Position numbers and translations under genes: made by a program. The notes under the pieces are model-generated. The model was not told the origin of the DNA. It saw only the letters and a list, made by a program, of their open reading frames with translations, and searched no databases. Below, piece after piece: positions 56,723 to 64,000 of a stretch of DNA of 64,000 nucleotides. The stretch is from Candidatus Omnitrophota bacterium. GTDB taxonomy: Bacteria; Omnitrophota; Gorgyraeia; B26-G9. The stretch lies in the NCBI GenBank assembly GCA_043805415.1, contig JAZDHZ010000007.1, positions 29,786 through 93,785 of the forward strand, written 5' to 3'. Position 1 is the first letter of the stretch; every line of letters starts with the position of its first letter.

Positions 56723-59700
56723 TTGCTGCCTTTTAGGTTTAGTTTTAAACAAAATTCCTGCGCGTCGCCGGGCAGAAAAATCCTCGCTTTATTTGTTTCG
56801 ATTTTCTGCGCTGAAATGATCCGGGCATTGATCAGCTTATCGGCATTCTGGACCTGCGGCCTTAAGCCTGATCCACTATCCGCGGAAAAATCAAAAATCA
56901 GTTCAGGAAATTCACTATTCTTTGTTTTTCCTCCCAGGACTTTTATTTGTCTGGCGTTTAAATTTTTAATCTCAGCTTGCTGCCAATCTTTTAAATTAAA
57001 AAACTTGCCTGTTTCATTGGCAATCTGCCATTTTTTATAAACCGGGCAAAGCATGATGCTTGATTTAGTCTGTTCGATTTCGATTTTCGCGTCAACTGCC
57101 ATCCGGATATTCCATTCCAGCAGATAATCCTGATCCAGTTTTATCCGCCAAATCTGGGAAAGCGGAATATTATGCCAGGTGCTTTTCAGCTCAAGCTCAT
57201 GCTGATTATGCTTAAGCACTTCCCATTTTGCTTTGGAAGAGTCATACCATAAGCCAAACACGCGTACCGAAGTATTTAAGCCGATACTCTGAGTGATTTC
57301 CTGATTATCCCAAAAGAGTTTTACTCCTTCGCCATGATACACTGCCTGCAATCTGCCTTGTTTGATACTCTTTTTACTGTCTGATTTTCTTTTATCGATT
57401 CTCGCTTTTACGGCCTGGGAAAATGTTTTGCCTTTAAGATAGTTTTTCAGCTTTAGCCAGAATAAAGCCAGTTTCAATAACTTATATTCTAAGCCGGTCA
57501 AAGACTGGATCTTTTTATGCATATGAATATTCCGGGCAAGGTCGTCACAGCCTTTAAAACAGCCGACTTTTACATTCGAGTCATTGCCGATAAATGAAAA
57601 AAATACATCCTGCTTGGGCAAAGACATTGCCCGTTTTCGGAATTCCTGCTGTTTGCGGCTATTCCAGATCTGAACAAAATCATGAGCATAAATATTTCCC
57701 ACGGGGATGCGATGGGCTTTTAAGCAAAAATTCACATTGCCGTCAGCCCGGATTCTGGCAAACAGCCAACCCATATAACAAGGGATTTGATTTAAAATAT
57801 CATTATCATATTGAGCGATTTTCGCCTCATAATTCTCCACCCGGCGCATAAACTGCTCAAACTGTAGGATTTTGATTTTATTTTTTAAATCCCCTGTTTC
57901 TAAACGCTGTTTGATTTTATAACAATCATTGATTACGCTTTTTTGCTGCTCATCATTGAGCGTCAGAGCATCCGTAGCATCGGGAATAGTATCAATAACC
58001 GTAAATTCCAAAGAATCACAGCCGGTTTCCAGGGCGAAATCAAGCATTTGATTTATTTCCTGATAATTCTGATTGGAAATCACATTATAAATATTTACCC
58101 ACGGCTTTTGCTGTTTAAGCGAATTAAGCAGTTTAAGCGTACCTTTAAGCTGATAAAACATTGCCTCGGATTTATTGGGATGGGTCAGATGATAGGTTTT
58201 TGCTGTTCCGGCCCAGATACTGACCACCAGATTATCCACGCCAATATCAACCAATTGCTTTACCATATCCTCGCTGACTAAAGTAAAATTTGTATTAATA
58301 TAACAGCGCAAACCCAGCGCCTTAGCATGTTCCAGAATTTTCATAATCTGCGGATGCATAAACGGCTCGCCGCCTCCGGCAAAATAGATTTCCCGGGTGC
58401 CCAGACGCTTAAGCTGATCAATGGTTTTTTTAACAACTTCCATAGGTAAAGTCTGTTGTTTAACCTGCTCAGTGATCTTTTTATCTTTTAATAAAGGCGA
58501 ATTGCACCAGCAGCCGATGCAGTCATTATTACAATCATTGGTAAGGTCTATTTGCGCGCAAAACGGCCCCTTATAAGCCATATTACCGTCGATAACTCCG
58601 ATAATATCCAGATAATAATCTTTCAGTTTTTTCAAATTAAGATTTTTGATGATTTTAGCGCAAACCGCGAGCAGCCCTTTATCGCTTAGCTGCTCTTTAA
58701 TAAATTTTAAAGGCGCTTTTGTTTTATATTCCTGAATCGCCTGAGACTGTTTATTTTGCCTTAAAGTAATCTCCAAATCAAAATAATCATAAACTCCGGG
58801 CAAAAACCTGTCTATTTTTAATCTGCGCATCTGGACAATCCGTCCCTTGATCTTTTTATCCGTATTCTGGATCTGGGGATAAGTATTATCTTTGTACAGT
58901 CTAAGAGTTTTTAGCTCAATCTCCGGCAGAGCATTTTTGTATTTATTCTCACTGCCTGCCAAAAGCCGGGAACTATTGGGATTATATAATTCAATTTCTT
59001 CCCATTCCGTTATTTTTGGGAAAAAGCCTGTACCCAGGTTATCCTTCCACATCGTATATTTACTGTCCAGCAGCAGCCCGGCTTTGTATTCCATGATCTC
59101 CATATCCTGATCAATCCGCATCTGGCTGGACCATTTGATAATATCATTATCTTCAATAATGATCAGCCATTGCTGGCGTACCGGATGCTGATCCCATTTC
59201 AGCCAGACCTTAATCATATTCTCAGCGGTTTTTTCCAGTTTCCAATGCGCCAGAGAAGAATCAATCCAGCTTTGGCCGCAATGCATGGAAGTATTCAGGC
59301 CCACGTCTTTGCTGATTTCCTGATTTTTCCAAAACAGCCTTACCTTGCCTTCGCTAAAAGCAATTTTTGTATTTCCATTGGTAATTGTCTCTTCAATAAG
59401 CCAAAGTTTTCTGCTAAAATACTGCCTGACACGCAAAGGCAAAAACATCAGCCGCCTTAAAATAAATAAGCATATTTTAAAAAGCGCGGCCAGCAGCCCT
59501 TTGGTTTTATAATAAACTATTAATTTTTGCTTTAGGCTCCGCGGCTGAACCGGCAGCAGCTTTTTAATTTTCAGCTGACAGTGTTTTTCCCATTGCTTAT
59601 ACGCGTTATTTTTTGCCTGTTTAAGCTGTTTCGAGGACAAGTCCTGAGTGCGGATAACGCAGCTGTGATTTCCGTCAAAATTATCCCAGTTCTTATCCAG

Positions 59701-60918
59701 AATATAACCCTGCTTATCCATTTGCTCATAAAACCGGGTTCCGGGAAAAGGCGTGGCCAGAGAAAACTGCACGGAAGTCGGATTTAATTTTTTGGCATAT
59801 TCAATAGTATCGCTGACTGTCTGGCTGGTTTCACCCGGCAGCCCAAAGGTAAAAGTCAAATGCGTCCTGATCCCTAAATATTTCGTGTACTTAACCATTT
59901 CCTCGACTTTTTTCAAATCACTGCCTTTATTAATATTATCCAGCAATTGCTGGGAGGAAGATTCCACGCCGTATTTGACGGAAAACAAGCCGGCTTTACG
60001 CATTCTTTCCAGCAGCGGCTCATCCATAAGCTCAGCTCTGGCCATAATCGCCCAAGGCACCTGGAGATTTCTTTTTTCCAGCTCATCGCAAAACGCGAAG
60101 ATCCGCTGTTTGCCGATATTCCAGGTATCATCATCAAAATAAATTGATTTAAATCCCAGCTGTTTAACCAAATATTCCATTTCATCAACAACATCAACCA
60201 CATCTCTGACGCGGTACGAACCGCCTTTATACATTACCTGCGGCCATAAACAAAAACTGCATTTAAACGGACAGCCGCGGCTGGCCCACATTGAGGCGCA
60301 AGGCACAGGAATATCCCCGGGAGCATCATTGTAGGACTTGAGCAGCAGTTTTTTTCGCCGCGGCCAGGGCAAAGAATCCAGATCCTTAATCAAAGGCCGA
60401 GGCGGATTTTTCATGGCTTGATTATTTTGTTTATAAATCAACCCTGAGACATCAGCTAAGCTGCTTTTATCCCTAAGTTTTTGGCAGAGCTCAAGTAAAG
60501 TAGCCTCATACTCGCCGTACATGAGATAATCAATAAAAGCGGTTTTTTCTAAAAATTCCGGATTTTCCAGCTGCGCTTCCGGGCCGCACAAGGCTATGGG
60601 CAGATGACCTTTATGCCGGATAAGCATTTTCAGGTCATGCGCCAAAGTAACAGTTGATGTTTCCGCTACCATTAACTGCGGCTTAAGCGCGATTATTTTC
60701 TGGAAAAACTCATTTTTCGAGAGTTTCTCGGCAATCGCGTCAATAATTTCCACTTCAAAACCGTTTTTTTCCAGCAAAGCAGCGGCATAAGCCAGATAAA
60801 ACGGAAACGGCAGATAATTATTTTCCGTATGATCTTTTATATGCGGCCAGCGCGAACCGGCTCTGACTCCCCAGCGATTGCCTTTTTTCCAGGGTAAATT
60901 AACTAAAACAATCCTCAT
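56719..60918 (-). CDS. 1399-aa double radical SAM protein: B12-binding rSAM (HpnJ-like), unknown domain, rSAM/SPASM, unknown domain
   Basis: AGSRWP, ASRGCPFKCSFCLWPQ and YGVES; second motif DLTNDCNNDCIGC, AGGGEPF and CYMGW...NFC...CFKGC; two copies of a ~200-aa Trp-rich domain. Confidence 0.9.
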   Translation of the reverse strand: MRIVLVNLPWKKGNRWGVRAGSRWPHIKDHTENNYLPFPFYLAYAAALLEKNGFEVEIIDAIAEKLSKNEFFQKIIALKPQLMVAETSTVTLAHDLKMLIRHKGHLPIALCGPEAQLENPEFLEKTAFIDYLMYGEYEATLLELCQKLRDKSSLADVSGLIYKQNNQAMKNPPRPLIKDLDSLPWPRRKKLLLKSYNDAPGDIPVPCASMWASRGCPFKCSFCLWPQVMYKGGSYRVRDVVDVVDEMEYLVKQLGFKSIYFDDDTWNIGKQRIFAFCDELEKRNLQVPWAIMARAELMDEPLLERMRKAGLFSVKYGVESSSQQLLDNINKGSDLKKVEEMVKYTKYLGIRTHLTFTFGLPGETSQTVSDTIEYAKKLNPTSVQFSLATPFPGTRFYEQMDKQGYILDKNWDNFDGNHSCVIRTQDLSSKQLKQAKNNAYKQWEKHCQLKIKKLLPVQPRSLKQKLIVYYKTKGLLAALFKICLFILRRLMFLPLRVRQYFSRKLWLIEETITNGNTKIAFSEGKVRLFWKNQEISKDVGLNTSMHCGQSWIDSSLAHWKLEKTAENMIKVWLKWDQHPVRQQWLIIIEDNDIIKWSSQMRIDQDMEIMEYKAGLLLDSKYTMWKDNLGTGFFPKITEWEEIELYNPNSSRLLAGSENKYKNALPEIELKTLRLYKDNTYPQIQNTDKKIKGRIVQMRRLKIDRFLPGVYDYFDLEITLRQNKQSQAIQEYKTKAPLKFIKEQLSDKGLLAVCAKIIKNLNLKKLKDYYLDIIGVIDGNMAYKGPFCAQIDLTNDCNNDCIGCWCNSPLLKDKKITEQVKQQTLPMEVVKKTIDQLKRLGTREIYFAGGGEPFMHPQIMKILEHAKALGLRCYINTNFTLVSEDMVKQLVDIGVDNLVVSIWAGTAKTYHLTHPNKSEAMFYQLKGTLKLLNSLKQQKPWVNIYNVISNQNYQEINQMLDFALETGCDSLEFTVIDTIPDATDALTLNDEQQKSVINDCYKIKQRLETGDLKNKIKILQFEQFMRRVENYEAKIAQYDNDILNQIPCYMGWLFARIRADGNVNFCLKAHRIPVGNIYAHDFVQIWNSRKQQEFRKRAMSLPKQDVFFSFIGNDSNVKVGCFKGCDDLARNIHMHKKIQSLTGLEYKLLKLALFWLKLKNYLKGKTFSQAVKARIDKRKSDSKKSIKQGRLQAVYHGEGVKLFWDNQEITQSIGLNTSVRVFGLWYDSSKAKWEVLKHNQHELELKSTWHNIPLSQIWRIKLDQDYLLEWNIRMAVDAKIEIEQTKSSIMLCPVYKKWQIANETGKFFNLKDWQQAEIKNLNARQIKVLGGKTKNSEFPELIFDFSADSGSGLRPQVQNADKLINARIISAQKIETNKARIFLPGDAQEFCLKLNLKGSK

Positions 60919-61031
60919 AAATAAAACCTCTCTTTTTCAAATTCTCTGCTGCTAAATAATAGTTTAAAGCTTTAATCTCTTTAGCTTTATTTTTTCTATC
61001 CCATTTTTATTATCGCTATTCTTCTTATCAA

Positions 61032-64000
61032 TCATAAAAACTCTTCCAGATGATACAGGGAAAACTGATCCCAGACATCCCTAAGCACCTGATGCGTATC
61101 GCAATGCTGACAATCATCACCAAATAAAGGAGTGCCGTTTAGGAATTTTTCCTGTTTATGAGCACTAAGATATTTAGCTTGATACCGGAAGCGTTCATAT
61201 GCTTCGGAGTTCCAGATTTCTTTAAATGATTTATCTTTTAAATACCCTACGGTTCTTAAATGACAGCAAAAGCTCACGTCTCCGGCAGCGGGAATAAGGC
61301 TGAAATTCCAGCCCAAAGCGCAGCCTTTTTCCAGAAAAACATCTTTGGACCATGACCCTGTATCCGGCTCGAGATTTTTTAACTGAAATTGGGTAGTATC
61401 AAGCAGCTCGATTTCTTTACCTTTAAGCATTTGTTTAATTTCAGGTAAAGCCTGCTTAATCGCCTCAATATCCTCTGGTTTTAGTTTTAAAGCCTGAATA
61501 TTCTGATCAAGCCTGACCAGATAAAACCGGATCACATTTGCGCCAACGGCAATATCATTTTCCGCCATCTCCACCAGCTCATGGGCGTTCATTGTATGAA
61601 TAACATGAGTCATAATCAAACGCGGCTTTTTTGCTTTGCTCTGTTTTTTATAATCAGATAAATATTTAAGATTTTCCAGGATCGTATCAAACGCTTTCTC
61701 ATTCTGCTTGGTATTTATTTGGGCAAAGGTTTTTGCCAAACCAGCTGGCAGACTGCAGAAAATTTCGCTTACCCCATAATCAACCGCCTGTTTAGCCACT
61801 GTTTTATTCAAAAGAATGCCATTAGTAAAAAACGATACTTCAATTCCCTTTTCCCGGCCGTATTTAACCATATCAAAAAATCGCTCATGCAATAGCGGCT
61901 CGCCGTCTCCTTGAAAAATCATCAGGTCAGTGTAAAGTTCACTTAGATCATCAGCGATTTTTTTAAAGCCTTCAAAGCTGAGTTTCCGGTCAAGAAATTC
62001 CTGGGGATGTTTTATGCTCGGCGTATGCACCCAGCAATGCACGCAATTAGCATTACAGCGGTGATACGGATCAATAACCACGATCTGCGGTCCAATAAAA
62101 GCGTGTTCGCAGATCACGCCCAATAAACGCAATAACTGGCGTTCATTATCTGTTTCCACCTGAGTATAAACCGCAGTAATCAGATCAAACAGCTTATCAT
62201 CAGCCAGAACAAATTCAATATTACCGATACGGCTGGCGATTTTTTTCAAGGCACCAAGATACTCAATAAAACTACGCCGCAATTTTTTTAAGGGGAAGAT
62301 ATTTAAAGTCAAAGACCTCAGGTCAATCGGTTCCCCGATTTCCTTAGCCGCAAATTGAAGAATTTCATTAAGTTTAAAGAAATTATATCTGGACACTCCG
62401 ATTGTTATCAGAGGAGTTCTTCCCTGTTTTTTCAGCAAACGCAGATTGTTTATTTTTGTCTCAAACTCTTTTACTCCGCTAATCCGGTCATGGAGAATCG
62501 GGTTGTCCGCGTATATATAGCTTGATTGCGGCTCAAAACGCAATGGCTGGGCATCCCGCCTATAATCATCGATACAGCTATTGTCATCACTGAGATATAT
62601 ACCGCCTTTAAATTCACGAAATTCTTTGGCCGCGTATTTACTGGTCTGGCTGGTTTCAATTACCTGGGCCTGCAAAGCCCGGCCGCGGATAATCCGATCC
62701 GAATTCTGAATCAAAGAGATGTATTCCGGGTCAATGCAAAACATCACTGCCGGCAAACCATTATCCGCGTAAGTACCGAAAGTTTCTCCGTCCCGGTTAG
62801 CGATAATATCATGCCAGGACCCGAACTGTTCAGGAAAAACACCTTGCTCAAAAGAATTAAACCAGCGCTGATACGCGCCGCTTAGGATAATCCCGGTTTT
62901 GCGCTGCTTAATCTCCACTGCCTGTTTAAACTCAATGCGCGCGTGCCATTCAATAGTATGATCGTCTTTTAGCGTAACCATCCATTTCTCAACCGCGGGA
63001 AAAGGGCTAAAATCAATTACTATCTCCATCTTCCTATCTGATATCTTGGTTACATCCCAATTAATTTTTCCGGAATCATACCAATAGCCGTCGGAATACA
63101 GCGCTGTATGCAAACCAATATCCGTAGTTATTTCCCTGCTTTTCCAAAAAATCCTTAATCTGCCTTTATCCGGCAATAGCTTAATATTTTTATTTTCCAA
63201 ACCGCTGCGCGTAATCATAGCCTGCATTTTCTGATTAAGCTGCTGTTCGATTAAATCAGGCTGGGGAATAAGCGTGATTTCCAGAGCAAAATTATTTTTT
63301 TCTTGCGAACCATTTACTTTCACTGCCTGGAGATAACGCGCCTGATTATTCCGGTCTGAATTCTGGACAAGCAGATAATCGCAGCTTTGCTCTTTAGCTC
63401 TGAGCATTATCCCGGGAATTTTCCCCTGGTTTTTCAAACCAACCGCGCCCTCAGGTTTATCTTTAATTACCCGCTGCCAATCAGCGAATTCTTGGCTGAA
63501 AATTCCGCTTTCATATCCGCCAAACCATTGTTCATATTCCGGGCTCAAGATTATTCCTGCTGCCTGATTTTCAATAAGCGTGTTTTTATCCAGAATATCC
63601 GTGGAAATTTTCCACTCAATCAGTTGCTGATTATTAAGCATTATCTGCCAGCACTGGCGGATGGCTAAAGGCCGCCAGTCAATTTCAATGTATAAAGACT
63701 GGGAATTGATCCGCTCAACCTGCCAAATACACTTACTGGAATCAAACCATTGTCCGGACACAAACAAAGCTGAATGCAGTCCAGCGCCTTTGCTCAACTG
63801 TTTATCCTGCCAAAACAACTGAATTGACTGGTCTTTAAGCTCAAGCTTTAGATCAGCTTCAATGATCTGTCTTGACCGCAGAGCCTGGCTGATGCTTTCC
63901 TGCTTTATTTTGCTGAACAAATCCCGATCCAAGCAAAACAGGATCTCTGATTTTAACAACCGGTATCTGGCCTTAGCCATGGCCTGGTCATAATAATCTC
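61032..64000 (-). CDS. Large radical SAM/SPASM protein with at least two N-terminal copies of the same unknown domain (5' end probably beyond the window)
   Basis: CNANCVHC, GDGEPLL and CALGW...SFCC...CQHC. The frame stays open upstream of ATG 63980 to the window edge (..DYYDQAMAK). Confidence 0.87.
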   Translation of the reverse strand, partial: DYYDQAMAKARYRLLKSEILFCLDRDLFSKIKQESISQALRSRQIIEADLKLELKDQSIQLFWQDKQLSKGAGLHSALFVSGQWFDSSKCIWQVERINSQSLYIEIDWRPLAIRQCWQIMLNNQQLIEWKISTDILDKNTLIENQAAGIILSPEYEQWFGGYESGIFSQEFADWQRVIKDKPEGAVGLKNQGKIPGIMLRAKEQSCDYLLVQNSDRNNQARYLQAVKVNGSQEKNNFALEITLIPQPDLIEQQLNQKMQAMITRSGLENKNIKLLPDKGRLRIFWKSREITTDIGLHTALYSDGYWYDSGKINWDVTKISDRKMEIVIDFSPFPAVEKWMVTLKDDHTIEWHARIEFKQAVEIKQRKTGIILSGAYQRWFNSFEQGVFPEQFGSWHDIIANRDGETFGTYADNGLPAVMFCIDPEYISLIQNSDRIIRGRALQAQVIETSQTSKYAAKEFREFKGGIYLSDDNSCIDDYRRDAQPLRFEPQSSYIYADNPILHDRISGVKEFETKINNLRLLKKQGRTPLITIGVSRYNFFKLNEILQFAAKEIGEPIDLRSLTLNIFPLKKLRRSFIEYLGALKKIASRIGNIEFVLADDKLFDLITAVYTQVETDNERQLLRLLGVICEHAFIGPQIVVIDPYHRCNANCVHCWVHTPSIKHPQEFLDRKLSFEGFKKIADDLSELYTDLMIFQGDGEPLLHERFFDMVKYGREKGIEVSFFTNGILLNKTVAKQAVDYGVSEIFCSLPAGLAKTFAQINTKQNEKAFDTILENLKYLSDYKKQSKAKKPRLIMTHVIHTMNAHELVEMAENDIAVGANVIRFYLVRLDQNIQALKLKPEDIEAIKQALPEIKQMLKGKEIELLDTTQFQLKNLEPDTGSWSKDVFLEKGCALGWNFSLIPAAGDVSFCCHLRTVGYLKDKSFKEIWNSEAYERFRYQAKYLSAHKQEKFLNGTPLFGDDCQHCDTHQVLRDVWDQFSLYHLEEFL

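Noticed and set aside
593-63668. Many 60-130-aa ORFs in the track overlapping long genes (e.g. 8066-8422, 10552-10944, 59753-60142)
   Set aside because: Antisense or alternate-frame shadows of well-supported genes, with no recognisable motifs.
10592-64000. Aminoglycoside, moenomycin or hopanoid biosynthetic cluster
   Set aside because: No DOI synthase, prenyltransferase or squalene-hopene cyclase in the window; the many GT-C and ligase-like genes point to envelope glycosylation. Genes beyond the window edge cannot be excluded.

Overview
AT-rich bacterial genomic window; the taxon cannot be fixed from sequence alone, though the style would fit an uncultured diderm such as Candidatus Omnitrophota (inference). 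It has three parts. (1) 1-8.5 kb, minus strand: the start of a dcw cluster (mraZ-rsmH-ftsL-ftsI-murE-murF-mraY-murD). murE is split by a +1 frameshift in an A10 run, and REP-like palindromes and heptamer repeats lie between genes. (2) 8.6-10.5 kb, plus strand: a strong sigma70-type promoter, an unannotated 27-aa ORF (MKLKKINKTTEKKNLLSRFCRSGRVLW) and a radical SAM/SPASM enzyme with an RRE-like N-terminus, together a candidate minimal RiPP system. (3) 10.6-64 kb, almost all minus strand and continuing past the window edge: a very large surface-glycan/glycolipid tailoring locus. It holds 14 radical SAM genes (15 radical SAM domains, 6 with B12-binding-type N-termini), about 7 GT-C/ArnT/YfhO-like membrane transferases, an O-antigen-ligase-like protein, GT2/GT4 enzymes, a carbamoyltransferase, an AsnB-type amidotransferase, a DegT aminotransferase and methyltransferases. 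Standouts are a rSAM-GT2 fusion, a TRAM-less methylthiotransferase-like enzyme with a CX4CX2C motif, and two giant radical SAM proteins carrying four copies of an unrecognised ~200-aa Trp-rich domain. No rRNA, tRNA, CRISPR array or transposase was seen.
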